Positions 26,020 through 39,226 are shown, numbered from the stretch's first letter. The stretch: DNA of 64,000 nt from Podarcis bocagei (GCA_964188305.1 OZ076885.1); one strand, 5' to 3'. A program made the numbers and translations. The notes: generated from the sequence alone by a model not told the origin.

Positions 26020-26473
26020 CAGTGGTACCTCGGGTTACAAACACTTCGGGTTACAAACTCCACTAACCTGGAAGTAGTACTTCGGGTTCATCATCATGAT
26101 CATCATCATCGACTTTTATTGTGCTAGCCATAAGCCATGGCATCATTCAGAAAAATAACAAAAAGAAAAACAACAATAACCATAAAAAACCTCCAGCACC
26201 ACACATGCAATATAAACCACGGTCACAACTACTAAGATTGATTGTTGCATAAAATAGAATAGCAGAAGATTCTCTAGTAAAATGTGCCAAATTAAATATC
26301 CAAATAGTACCTCGGGTTGAGAACTTTGCCCCAGGATGAGAACGGAAATTGCACGGCGGCGGCACAGCGGCAACGGGAGGCCCCATTAGCGAAAGCGCAC
26401 ATCAGGTTAAGAATGGTTTCAGGTTAAGAACGGACCACCGGAACGAATTAAGTTTGTAACAGAGGAACCACTG
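26020..26473 (+). mobile_element. Tc1/mariner (pogo/Tigger-like) MITE interrupted by a retroposon
   Basis: TA-flanked TIR CAGTGGTACCTCGGGTTA...AGAGGAACCACTG; same family as 31178, 41172 and 44970. Confidence 0.85.
26089..26304 (-). mobile_element. 5'-truncated LINE 3' end with (GAT)n tail nested in the MITE
   Basis: Minus strand ends ...CACAATAAAAGTCGATGATGATG. Flanked by 14-bp TSD tagtac(t/c)tcgggtt at 26075-26088 and 26305-26318. Confidence 0.75.
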
Positions 26474-27708
26474 TATTTGAGATTTTTTAAAAGCCTGCGC
26501 AGTTTGCTTTCTGCATTACACTCCCATGTCCTTGTACCTTGAAAATGTAAGTTGAGATAAGTAGAGCTGCACTATGGCTTAAGTGTTTCCTGCTCTGTGG
26601 AAGGTCATTAGCAAGGAAAATCTAAATCGGACTAGAGAAAATGTGAAACCAAATTTTTCCAAGAGGGGAAACTTGGCTTTGGATTTCTGCTGAAGCTTGG
26701 GCTCATTGATACTTGACTTCCTACTTAGGCTACTAGTTCCTTCCAAACCAAAAAAATGAGCCCGCAAGATTCAGGCAAGGCTACTTGAATGTACGGGTTT
26801 CAAATATTAGAACAGTGCCTCACCAGAAATAGAAATGTATTCAGTCTGGAATGACTTATTGGTATGTACCTATTATGTGGAACACCATCTATTTTGGCTG
26901 GCCACACTCAGATAAATTCTCTGAGATCATACTTTATCCCTCTACCTCTCAATTTATTTCAGAGTCAAGCGGAAGATACTTATGGTGCAACCTGTGATGG
27001 GATCTTCTGACATCCTTGTTTTTCTTTGTTTAAGCTGATATGTGGGACTCTCAAATTGGCCAAAATAGCAATTTCTAAATTGCATTGAGATGAAATGGTT
27101 GCTGACTCCACCAGTGAGTCAGATAGAGATACAGATTTTTCTTTTACAACATCAAAACAAGAAATGTTGAGTACAACTGAAAATTACAACAAAACTCTAG
27201 CTTTCTTTTAATGTAGAGACAGCACTTGTGGACGCATTGTATCATAAGGATATCTTTGGTTGTAACTTTGAACTTCTGACTACATTTGATAGACCTAGGT
27301 ATCTTCATGTGAAGGCAACAGGAGTGAGGAGGAATGGGGAGGGTAATGTCCCCCCCCCCAATAGCTAGTGCTTTCATGGTATCTGGAACGCAAACTGGTC
27401 ATGTTTGTTTGTGTTTCCTATGTGGCAACAAAGGGTGCAGGACTGTGATTCTGGACCTGGCTGTTTTCACCTTTTCTACATCAGGAGCAACCTATGAGAA
27501 ACTGGTAAAAACCTACCCTTTATTGCAAATAACTACCGGTATTTGTGGGTTACATGCATTGTTAGCCTTTGGAGTCTGTGAAATTAAAACAATAAGAGAG
27601 GTGTTTTGTTTTTGCTTTTTTAGTACCTGTGTCCAACAGTGCTTAACCAAAGACTCTCATAGGAGGTTACAAAAAGAAAGCCATAGAAAGCATTCTTTTG
27701 AGCACTGG

Positions 27709-27712
<4 letters not shown>

Positions 27713-27753
<41 letters not shown>

Positions 27754-27765
27754 ACACACACACAC
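27713..27765. repeat. Compound (TA)n(CA)n microsatellite
   Basis: Direct reading. Confidence 0.95.
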
Positions 27766-28099
27766 AGAACTGAAGAATAAAAAAGAAAAAAGGGAAAGAA
27801 AGGGAAAGAAAAGGAATAGATATATTCCATAATTCTATTCTGTCCACTTCCCATCCATCTTTCCCTTGTTCCCTAAAGCTTCCCATTCCTACTGCATATT
27901 CTATTTTTTCTAACTATTTAAACATTCAAATTCTTCTCATTATGAACTTTTAACTGTTGACCTTACTTTTTAGGTACGTAGTCTACAAATCTTGTGGCTC
28001 AGGGGGGAAGGCTAATTGTTATTGTTAGCTGATTGTTTTTGATAGTGGGTTAGTGTTGGTTGAATAGTTTTGGTGCTTTGTTGTAGCTTTATGTTTTAT

Positions 28100-28585
28100 C
28101 CTTTTCCTGTAAGGCACTTTGAAACTCCATCATCACTTATATCTACTTGTTGCAGGTTTACTTCTCTTCACAATGTCAGTGCCAAGTCAACCATTCTTCA
28201 CTGTAGCTCTCTGGGCAACCCACCTGTCTAAAGAAATCAACTGCTACCGTTTCTGTGTCTTCTCTTTAGTAGTTTTGCTGCCAAATTGGGCTCTGTACAT
28301 CTTCTCCCTATCTGCTATCATTTAACTACCCTAACATGCAGTTCAACGCATAGATTATTTGTACCTCTTCAAAAACCTCTGCTAGCAGGATCTTTTGATT
28401 GTCAGAAAAATCCTGGTATAGTGACACTGTTTTAATGTTTGATGCTTTTCCTTTAAGGCTATGTGCTGACCTTTGAACACATAACGTTGTCTTGATAAGA
28501 CATGAGAGAGAGAGACCTTGACTCTTGGGTCCACTGTGTATCTCTAAGAGTGATTCTGCTTTGAGGCTTGCTTTATAAAGCATGT
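28100..28585 (-). mobile_element. Degenerate L1 ORF1 relic
   Basis: Minus ORF contains LEIH..GPK and VSLYQDFS, reminiscent of L1 ORF1p RRM/CTD motifs. Confidence 0.4.
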
Positions 28586-29166
28586 ATCTTTTTATTATTA
28601 TTTTAATAAACCTTATAGATTATAATAATACTACAGTTCTGTGTATTTTGAATAGGTATTACTTCATGTGTAAATGACTTCTATTAGTCCCCAGGTAGAC
28701 GAGCATTGTTCATCTTGTCATCACATTTTTTTCTCTGTGTGTTCTGCCCACCCCCAAATTATACTGATTTGAATTCTTTTTTAATCTTGCTATTGGGTAA
28801 TAATACTTGAATCTTTTTTGTGTCAATAAAGCCTCTTTTAAGCTATCTAATTCTGAAGAAACTCAATGTTTTTACGCTGTTTTGTAAAACAGTGGTCACA
28901 AGAATGGAAAAACTGAAAAGAGAGAAATGTGGATAAATTATTATGGGGGAAATGGGGATAAGGAACTGGTGGCCGGAGCTCCTCTCTAGAAATCCAATGC
29001 TATATAAAATAATTAGCTGTTTGTTTCAGTGCATAAACAAGCCATGGAGGAAAGAGCAGGTATTTATTGATGTCAGCAGATTCATGACCATAAATACCTG
29101 CTCTTTCCTCTAAGGCATTCAAGGTGGTACATATGCTTCTATGTCATTGTATTTTCATAGCAGTCC

Positions 29167-29942
29167 TGTTAGGACAGCTCCCCTTTTCCAGGGGGCTGCG
29201 TTGCGGAAGGGGTTCCGGGACTCCCCAGTTACCCGGCAGTGGGTGGAGGGATGCTGCCCACATCAGTGGGATGCCCAGCCACGTCACGCCCCCCCCCCCA
29301 GCTGACCAATTGGGTTAGCTGGGTGTGTGGCCATCTGCCATTTAAACAGTAGTGCGACTTTGGGGCAGCCTCCATTCATCTCCTTTCCTCGGATCTCCCA
29401 GCCCGCCCACCCTCTTTTCTTGCATTGCATGACTATGGTGTTGCTATGACTAATGTCGGTTGCCTGGCTGTTGGGGCCGGGTAGGAAGTTTTCCACTTGG
29501 CAAATTGGCACCAGCCATTTAGTTTTCACCTACCTAGTAGCAATCATCACAACTTTGTAAGGTTAGGCATAGGGTAAGCCTTGTCATGGGAGGGGTGGTT
29601 GTTGCCTCAGGCCTGCCCCTCCACGTTAAGGATATCCCGTTAAAGAGATCCGGGGGTGTAGTTCCTGTCCAAAGCCTGGGTGTGGGCTAGGGCCATGCCA
29701 GGACCCCATCAGTGACCCTGGGAGTGCTCTTAATTGATGTATATCATAGGGCTCCCCCTATCAGTGGTTGACCTTTTTAGGCTTCCTGCAGGAGTCAGGA
29801 TATAGTCTTGCTTCACCAAATTGCCTAAGCCAAACCGCTCACATCTGTAACCAATAAAGTTGTGGCTTTATTTATCCCACTAACCCAACATATGCATGTC
29901 TCTGTGTTTATTTCTGGGGGAACTGCGGGGCTCGGGGCCTCA
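29167..29942 (+). mobile_element. LTR-like element (solo LTR or tyrosine-recombinase retroelement terminal repeat) inserted in an old SINE
   Basis: ~780 bp GC/CpG-richer block starting TGTTAGG; AATAAA ~29854; CA end candidates at 29942 or 29948. Flanks read as a split minus-strand MIR-like SINE. No clear TSD. Confidence 0.5.
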
Positions 29943-31177
29943 CCCTCAAATAGGTTAGGCTGGGAGATGGTAACTGTCCTGCTGTCACTCAGTGAGATTT
30001 TTAACCTCCCAGATCTAGTCTAACACTCTAATCCGGGGATGAGAAATCTGTGGCACTCCAAATGTAGGGCCGTAGCTCTTATCAGACCCAGTCAGAATGG
30101 CCAGTGGTCAGGGATGATAGTAGTGATAGTAGACAAAGTTGTATTTTAGCCAGGTTTGAGCTGTAATCTTTACTAAATCACAATGGATTTGTAAGTTCAT
30201 TAATAATAGCAAGTAATAAATACCAACTCGAAATACAATATTAGGCAAGTTAAATAAAACCGCTCTTTAGGACAGTGTTTTTCAAACTTAAATTAATTAC
30301 ATATTCCTTTTGAGTGTTCATTTCTACTGGCATACCCTTTCCCAGGTGAAGATAGTTTGTGGGTAGTCCTAATACTACTATTTTATTTATGATAAAGTAA
30401 AAAAAAAAAACCTGCCATGTCCCATTGAAATATTTTCACATACCCCTGGAGGTATGCATACTATACTTTTGGAAACACTGCTCTGGGGCATCAGAAAATT
30501 TTGCAATGCAAACTGAAAAAAATCCTAAACCTGGCAAGTCTAGATTCCCCCTCACCTTTCCCTGGCATTTTCCTTTGCTCTTCAGGCATGTTGGGAAATG
30601 CATGATTTGCACAGTAGCAATTGCACCCTCCCTAAAAACTCTGCTGAAGTGAATGAACAAATTACTTAAATCAACTGATCATTTAAAGTGATCAGATACT
30701 TAATGTCATCATAGTAATATAATTTCCAAGCTATAAATGTGGAAGCTGAGGTGGTAACATTTACTGGTTCATGGCTAAGTTGAAAATTTGGACATAACAT
30801 GCCAACTGGTTAAATGACAATTGGTTCTTTGTAATATTTTCCTTTAATGTTTAGGAAGGGTGTCCTGATGGATTTGTGCAGTTCATCAGAGGGTTTAAAT
30901 TTAAGAAGAAAAGGGAGCAATGAACATGATTATTTGGATTGTGCTGCTCAGTGCAAAGTACAATACTGATAAGGTACCACAGTGCTGTGTTATTTAAACA
31001 AGCTATGAAAGCTCAAAAAGTTTGAGTAGGAGAAAGTTCTGAGCTATGTTTGTGACCGAAGCCTGTGGGAAAGTGTGTGAAATGCATTAGCAGCTTAAGA
31101 TACCTAAGCAATAGACTTTTAGTGGCCAGTACAAAGGGAAAGTGAATTTAGTACAGGAAATCTAAGATTTGGGTCTA

Positions 31178-31418
31178 CAGTGGTACCTCGGGTTACATAC
31201 ACTTCAGGTTACATATGCTTCAGGTTACAGACTCCGCTAACCCAGAAATATTACCTCGGGTTAAGAACTTTGCTTCAGGATGAGAACAGAAATCGTGCTC
31301 AAGCGGCGCAGCAGCAGCAGGAGGCCCCATTAGCTAAAGTGGTGCTTCAGGTTAAGAACAGTTTCAGGTTAAGAATGGACCTCCGGAACGAATTAAGTTT
31401 TAACCCGAGGTACCCCTG
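31178..31418 (+). mobile_element. Tc1/mariner (pogo/Tigger-like) MITE
   Basis: TA|CAGTGGTACCTCGGGTTA...TAACCCGAGGTACCCCTG|TA. Confidence 0.88.
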
Positions 31419-32395
31419 TATCAGTAAATTGCAGAACCTTGCATAACGTGTTTGTCCCTAACCACAGGGTCTGACACACGAGAGGAAAAACTTGGAGGGC
31501 ATTGTATATAAGGAGAAACTTAGGGTAGGGTACAGAACTCCTCCAAATTCTGAAGCTAAGGGCAGTCTATATTATGCTGTTGAGCAGCTTTCACGTGTCA
31601 TTGGGCAGCCATGAAATGAACCAAGCTAAATATTTCTTCAAGTCCCTAGATTTTTGTCCCTCTTGCTTTTTTGAGGTGTGGTTCTAAAGTCGTGAATGTG
31701 TCTAGGCAGCACCACTGCAGATGGGGAAACTTTTATGATTGAATGCTCATCCCTTTTAAAAAAATTCCTGTTCGTAAACAATAGACAAGGCGGGGAGAAA
31801 TGTAGGCTAGAATGCTTTCCCTGAGATGCCAGTTTTCTATGCCAGTGGAAGAACACTGAAATCATGTGAGCCCCCACTTGTGCCCAGACACAGGCCTATC
31901 ATCTCAGTGAGAACTAGGTTTTAGCCTGTCCCAAATCACAGTTTTTCCAGATGGAATTGTGTGTGGTGTCTTTAATCAGAAGAGGCATAATAACTACCCT
32001 CCAAGAGATCTGGGATCAACACACAGCCTTAACTATAATAACATCTTAGTTTTGTTCTTCCTGGAAACTGTGCATGCGGTTTTCTAATTGATGCCCAGGG
32101 CTTCCCACAGCTGCCCAAAGCAAAGGCATGCCACATAATCTGTGCACTGCTCTCAGTAGCGGAGCACTGCAGGTGACTGTGGGAGAGAGGTGAGAGCAAA
32201 TAATAAGCAATTCTAGCATAACCCTGCCAGGGTTGAAAGAACTGTAGTGATTCACTTACTGCAATAAATACACGAAATAACTTGTATAATTTGTTCTATT
32301 TCTGTAAATGCATCTCTTAAGCAACTGTTGTCATAGCAGCCCTGTAAAATGACCAAGATATGTCATTTAGAAACAACCCCCCTCTCTGTGTGATT

Positions 32396-32960
32396 AATTA
32401 ATTAATTGGATTTATATCCCATGCTTCCTCCTGAAGGGAGCCCAGGGCAGAAAACTCATCAGTGATACGATACAGTTAAAAATAAAATAAAAACACATTT
32501 AAAAGCACGTAAAAACAATAAACTTGATAAAACATCAAATTTAAAAGCAGATGTAACCAAATCACCTGTCTGTATAGGTTGCTGAAACAGGCAGGAACAG
32601 CATAATAAAAGTGCCTGTCTGGCCTCAATAGGCAGGGAGTTACAGAGCATAGGAACTGCCACTCCGAAGGAATGACTCCTCAAAAATGCAGAACAAACAT
32701 TGTGTGTGCAAGTTCCACAGACTGAAGTGATCAAGAATGTGTGTTAAGTGATCCCTTAAGTCAGGCATCCCCAAACTCGGCCCTCCAGATATTTCAGGAC
32801 TACAGCTTCCACCATCCCTGACCACTGGTCCTGTTAGCTAGGAATGATGGGAGTTGTAGTCCCAAAACATCTGGAGGGCTGAGTTTGGGGGTGCCTGCCT
32901 TAAATAAACGGATCCTAAGTCATTAAAGGTTTTATACACTAATGGTAACAGCATAAACTT
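32396..32960 (-). mobile_element. L2-like LINE 3' relic interrupted by the hAT MITE
   Basis: Minus-strand translation FGVAVPMLCNSLPIEARQA resembles the L2 ORF2 C-terminal motif (AFSVAAPxLWNSLP); AT-rich tail near 32400. Confidence 0.6.
32762..32897. mobile_element. Palindromic hAT MITE (same family as 58078)
   Basis: TIR CAGGCATCCCCAAACTC / GAGTTTGGGGGTGCCTG; TSD ccttaagt / ccttaaat. Confidence 0.85.
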
Positions 32961-35900
32961 TTATGACTGAATGCAACTTAGGTTACTGGCTAGCAGCCTA
33001 CCTGTTCTTAAGCTTCAAAGGCCCACTTTTGAGAGGTGGGGGCTGCACACTGGCAGTTAGAATGAGGTTTGCCACTTGTTCTTTAAATTTGAAAGAAAAG
33101 TTCCCTATTCTGAACATTATTTGTGTGATGCAAAAACCTAATATATAGGTTACGAGCACAATATATTCTAATGAGGTGCTGTTAATAGTGTTCTGTCACA
33201 CATAATACACCGCTTTCTTGCAGTCTTGCTCACAACAGGCTTTATTTGGGACCTCTAGTTACAGCCATAGTTATGTCACATACAAGAAGCTATTGTGAAT
33301 GAAGGCTGTTGCTCAAGGATTTCTGAGAACTGATCTGTCAAATACCAGAGAGTAGCAATGCTAGGAGTGCCAGATGTGTGTGTCTGTGCGTTAAGGAAGT
33401 GGTCAAATACTGACAAGAAAATTAATATATTTCTGATTCAAATTCTTTCCTGCACTGGTATGATTTGCACCACATTTCCTACAAGAAAATGTCAGGGAAC
33501 TGAAGGCTTCACATTTTAGTTTTCCAGTTGAACCATAAAGCAGAGAATATAAATGTGTGTTCAAATTGGCTGTTTTGAAATTCTGCATGGCAAGGGAAAG
33601 ATGGTGGAGATTAAGATAGTTGAACAAGTTCCTCAGGTTTCCTTGTGCTTCCTGAATGATAGCTATGAGGAAGCAACTGGAATTACTCAGATGCGTGGTC
33701 TGGTGAAACCCTGTCTTACCAACCAATAGTAGGCATTGTGATGCTTTCATAGGGGGGAAACCAGATGCTACAGGTAGTTCTGCAGTCCTTGGGGGGGGGG
33801 TTCTTTTTGCAAAATTTAGTTCTTTCCTTTGTCAGGTGGGTGTAGTTACAGGATGTGTAGCACTAAGAATGGGTTGACATGGGAAAGAATAGCATAAAAA
33901 GTCTTTTAAAGAGGCATACTTTTATGTCAGCTGTAGAGAACCTCCAGCCTTCTCTCTCCAGCCCGATAGGACTCTTCCCTAGACCACTGGCCTTTTTTTG
34001 TGCCCTCCTTAAGTGTTTTTCTCTGGCTGAACTGTGATAAATGTCTCTTGTTTGTCTGGATAGAAAAGGGTGGGTGTATATGTGGAAATCACTGTGTAGA
34101 ATGATAGTGTTAAATATTGTCATGGTATTCTTATGGAGTGGAGCCAAGACTCCATCCTTTAACTTGTTCTTGTGGTCACTTTCATTTTCCTTGTGATGTT
34201 TCGTTTTGCCATGTTCATCAATAAATAGTCTCTTGTTCTGGGTCTGCAAAAGTGAATAACCCTGCCTTATATTAAGTAAGAACTTAGCACTCTTTTCTTT
34301 TTCCTACTGTACAACGGTAGGTGTCCTACCCATTTTCCCTGTCCACTTTTGTCCCTGACCCTGCCCAACATACATATGTGGTTCCTGTAGGGTTCCTTAT
34401 GAGGGAATATGGCCCTCAGACTGAAAAAGCTTCCCCACACTTGCTTTACGGACAGTTTGCAGTAAGGCAAACTGATAAAATGTAGTTAATGTTATAGGTC
34501 ATTGATGTTAAACCAGGTGTAGGCATCCTTATTTATTATTTTGAGTGTCCTTGACTTTGAAAAGTGGTGCAAAGAAGCATGTAAAAGTAAGGAAGGAAAA
34601 TAAGTCTTGTAAAGAACCAAAGTTTCACAAATAACTCCCAGCTGAGAAAACAATGGGTTACCAAAAAACAACAACACACAAGATCAAATGAGATTAACCA
34701 TTAGAAGTTTTGTTTATTTTATATATAGGAGTATCGTTAAACTGCCAATTGATTCAGAAAATAATGTAGCAATTTACAATAAGTTTAACCTGTGCAGGGT
34801 TGTTTTTTCTTTTTAAATTTACCTTAGTGTTCTGTGGGTTTGAGAAGTAGGACGCTAAAGAGCACAAAGTTGGTTACCTTCTGAATCAAAGAGAGATTAA
34901 CTGGGCCCCTTTCACACCCTGGTTACAAGAAGGGTGTGTTTGTATTTTCTGTCTTCCTCTTGGTGCCAGTATAAACCTCAAGTATGCATATTTAATTCAC
35001 AAGCCAACAATTGCAAGCTGAATATTGGTGTAAGCTATCCATTTTTTTACTGTAGCAGTTTTTGTGCACTTTGTCAAAGTTGTATGTTCTTTGGAATGAA
35101 ATGTAAGGGTTAATACACAAATCTTCTTGCTTCAGTGCACGTAGAAGCTTATTTGCTAATTAAGTCTTGGCATCTGATGGCCAAAAAGAAATTATTTAAT
35201 TTGGGCGAGCCTATGAATAGATATTAAATATTACATATAACAAGAAATTGAGGAAACTTCTTTAACTGGTTTCTTTAAGACAGTTGAATAATCACAGGTG
35301 GATGTTATACTCTATTTTGTGCAATAATACCATCATTGTAGAGTATCCTGAAGTTAAAAGTATCTCTTTGAGTTCTGCTACGTCTTCCTCAAACTAAAGA
35401 CTCCTACCAGATGCAGACCCAGATGGCTTGAACAACAGCCTCTTTTCTCTCTCCCCTTTGTGTTTTTTTTTACCATATAGCCTGATGAAGAGTTCAGGGG
35501 AACTCGAAAAAGTGTGTGCGCACGTGACTTTTGGGTTGATTTGTTGGACTACTTTTTAGAAGGCCCTGCACACATGGATTTAGCACATCCACTGGCTCTG
35601 CCCCACGCCCTGTGAGTCTTCAGTAAGGAACTATGGTTGGGGGCAGCTGTAACTTCGGAACCCGAACATTATCACACCACTCTGCTTCTCGATTGGTCCA
35701 GAGAGAAAGTTCTACCAGCAGAGGGGCTTCACTGATTAGAAGACTGACTTTGTATTGTAATGGTATTTTCAACACAAAGCTTGGAGTCCAAGCTGCTGAT
35801 TTGAAAATAATCTTAAGTGTACTTTCTAAATAAATAGGTTTGTATAGATTTAATTCATTGTACACAAAATAATTTAAAATCACCTTAATTATCTTTTTTG

Positions 35901-36043
35901 TTAAAATGATAGCATTTTAACCACTGTACCAAATAACTGATTTTCTACTCTGATTTTAAAAGGCAATAAATGTTAGTGGTACATGCGGAACTGACTTTAT
36001 CCATAATGAATGTTCTCAGGAATCTAATCAGAGGAGGTTAGCG

Positions 36044-36854
36044 TAGGGTTACCAGATGTCCCTGTTTCCCAGGGACAGTCCCCGGAAAATTCCATCCCCA
36101 GAATGTCCCCGGATTTCATCTAATGTCCCGGGAAACGCAGCAGTGGCAGTCTCAGCAGCCCGGAGCAGTTGACTCTGGCTGGCTTCAGGAGCTGCTTGGT
36201 AGTCCCCATGTGATGGTGGTGCAGGGGCTTTAAGATGCAGCTTCCAGGGTGCCTCCACCTTTCCTGACCCCCAGCAACTAAGCTGTGAAGGAAGGCTTCA
36301 TGCTGCCTATCGGAGCAGCCTTCCAACTCCTACTTGCATGCAGTTGTGAAGGGAGGCTTCACGTTGCCTATCAAAGCTTGCGTGCAAGCAGGAGGGGGCA
36401 GGGATCTCTCAGTTAGGCAACAGGAAGCCTCCCTTCCCAGCTGAGGAATCCCCACCCCCTCCTGCTTGCAGGCAAGTAGGAATGGGATTGGGGCTGCTCC
36501 GATGGGAAGGAAGGCATCACACTGCTTAACTGTGAGATCCCTGCCCCCTCCTGCTTGCACGCAAGTAGGAATGGGATTGGGGCTGCTCCAATGGGAAGGG
36601 AGGTTTTGCCGCTCTTGGCCTTCCTCTGCCTTCCATGCCTGGCCCACCATACACCGCTTCCCCACCACCACCGAAGAACCAACAACTCATGGGCTGCCCA
36701 GGCTCATGGAGAAAGGAGATAGAAGCCTCGGAGGAAGGGGAAACGTGGCGGTTGAGGTCAAGGCGGCGGCCGCCCCTCTGCCACTGCTATTTATTTATTT
36801 ATTTATTTATTTAAAGTGTCCCCAGATTCATTGGAAAAAAATCTGGTAACCTTA
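36044..36854. mobile_element. hAT Blackjack-like non-autonomous element with GC-rich internal repeats
   Basis: TIR TAGGGTTACCAGAT / ATCTGGTAACCTTA; 8-bp TSD ggttagcg (36036-36043) / ggttagca (36855-36862). Confidence 0.8.
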
Positions 36855-39226
36855 GGTTAGCAGGGAAGCCAGTCAGCATTTATTCATGTCTAACCAGGGG
36901 CGCCATCGGGGGGGCAGGCCACCCAAAAATGTGGGGCAGGGGGCCGAGACCACCCAAAAATTTGGGGCAGGGGACCGAGCCTGCCTCAAAATTTTCAAGG
37001 AGAGGCCTGAGTCCCCTCAGCATTCTGCAGTCACAGTGGGGCCCATTGGATCTTCCTGCAGCTGCAGCAGGCCATGGCGGACCCTCCCAAGGTCCTGGCA
37101 GGCCTTTTTGAGGCTGTGGCAGGCTGCGGCTGGCCCCATTGGGCCTCCTCCTACCACGTGACATCACATGTGTGCACTGGGCCCCCTCCAAACTTGGGTA
37201 GGACCCAGTGCATGTTCATCTAACCATTTGTAAGAAAGGAGAGTTCTCTCTTGGTTTCTTCGTTGAGCAGTAGGGCAATTTCTAGGGCAGTGCATATATG
37301 AACATAATATGTGTGTGTGAATTGCTTACAAATAGCATCTCTATTAGTTGTCAATGTTAAATTATTTTATTTAGGTTTAATTGGTTATCACTCTTTCTTC
37401 ATTGTTTGAGAGGGTGATTACGTGGAGAATTGGCTCATCTTGCAATCTGAGAATTATATCTCTACCGGGTGGGAAGATCAAATTTTAGTAAGACTGTGAC
37501 TGAAGGCAATAGCTAGGTTCAGAAGGGCTTGTTTCAGTGCCATGGAACTGTATTTGTCAGGGTGGAGGTCTATCAGTTGCCTACTACGTGATGTGATAGG
37601 TGATTTAATGAAACTTAATTTTGTGCGTGTGCTGTACAAAATGCTTTCATGCTACCTGGAATAAAGCCACTGTTACTTTTTTCCTTGAAACCCTCTTTTA
37701 GACATTTTTGAGCCCAGCTCACTTCTATGTGTTGCTATATTGCATACTGTTTAGCCCATAACCCTGGGCCAAGTTATGTTATATTAGAGGAAGAGAAAAA
37801 GAGGCAGTTGTAAGTCTCATCAATAATATTGCCCATCAATGGGCGGATCAAAAGGTCAAATGACCATACTTTGTGTACTGGTAGATAATATCCAGTAAGA
37901 GGTGACTTGAATCGGGTCTGACTCTTTAACCCAGGCTTCTCAACCTGGTACCCTCCAAAACTAGTTGAACTCTTAATTTCCATTAGCCCCTGCCAATATG
38001 GACAACAGTCAGAAATGATGGAGCTAGGCATCCTGTAACTGGAGGGGCAGGCACCAGGTTGAGGAAGACTCCTTTCAATCACTTGGGCAGGTATGCATAG
38101 AACTCATACTTAAGTGCTTAAGTGAGACTTTCTATAATCTTCTACAGCACTCATTTCATGTCGTAGGCACTATACATAGAAATAGCAGTCCTAATGCTGT
38201 AGGTGTTTCCTCATATGAAGGAAAACTGCTTGAACCATGTGACCAGACCCATTTTCACATCTCTTGGAGAATATCAGGAAAATATTCACCCTGGAAAACT
38301 GCATACAAAAGTTGAGACTTCAGTGTAATAATTTTTTTTTATAATCATACATCTGTTCCTTTCACCAGACAGGTTGGTGCTTGCAGCACCTATTCTATTC
38401 TTTCTCTGCTTCTCCCCACCCCACCCCCCCAGCACATGCTGAATCCCTGATGCAGACACATGAACCTGCTTGTTTTCACTTTCTCAAACTAAGCAGGCAT
38501 TCTATAGATCTTGCTTTTTATATGAGAATGTATTGCTGTGCCTCATATTTTGTTCAGAATTATAAGAGTTTTCAATAAAATGTGTATCCAACTATAATTA
38601 AACTTTGTCTTCGATTTTTTTCAATCCTGTTGGAGTTGGAGAAAAATGTAGCAGTTTCAGTGGCTCAGGTAGCATTGCCAGTTTTATTTCCTTCTGAAAA
38701 TCCCTTGTTGATACAGTGATGTTTTATGTTGGGGGGAGAGAGTATCATCCCCACCCATTTTCTGAATAATTCAGAGTAGCAGTTGTTGTAATGTAGCTAT
38801 AATACACATGTTTTCCAAGCAGCTGTCAGCTCAACACAAGCTCCATTGTTTCACAGAGCATCAGAGAGCATCTTCATTTGCTGGCTCTCAAATTCAGCTG
38901 TGAAGGTCCTTTCCAGTTCATCTGTTAATGAAACAAATTTCTTATTGGAACAGATTACATCATCCAAGGCCAGCACCATCCTATACATAGTGAGTCAAAA
39001 AGTGGCTAAGCATTCTTCTAACAGAGCCCACTCTGATTATACTGGTATGGTTGGTAAACTACTCACAAATTGTCAGTGGGAGAAATTAATAAGCAGAAAG
39101 TCCTGCAGTAGCATGCATGTGGATGCTAAACAACAGTTCCATTTGTGGCTAGTGTGGCTATATAGCTACAGAGCTTTAAAAGGGAATTTTCTGTGTTCTA
39201 AAAAAAATCCCTGTTCTTAAAAAAAA

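Noticed and set aside
36895-37216. GC-rich CAGGGG-starting block as a regulatory CpG island
   Set aside because: It looks like a truncated hAT-type element with internal repeats next to another transposon, and its right boundary is undefined.
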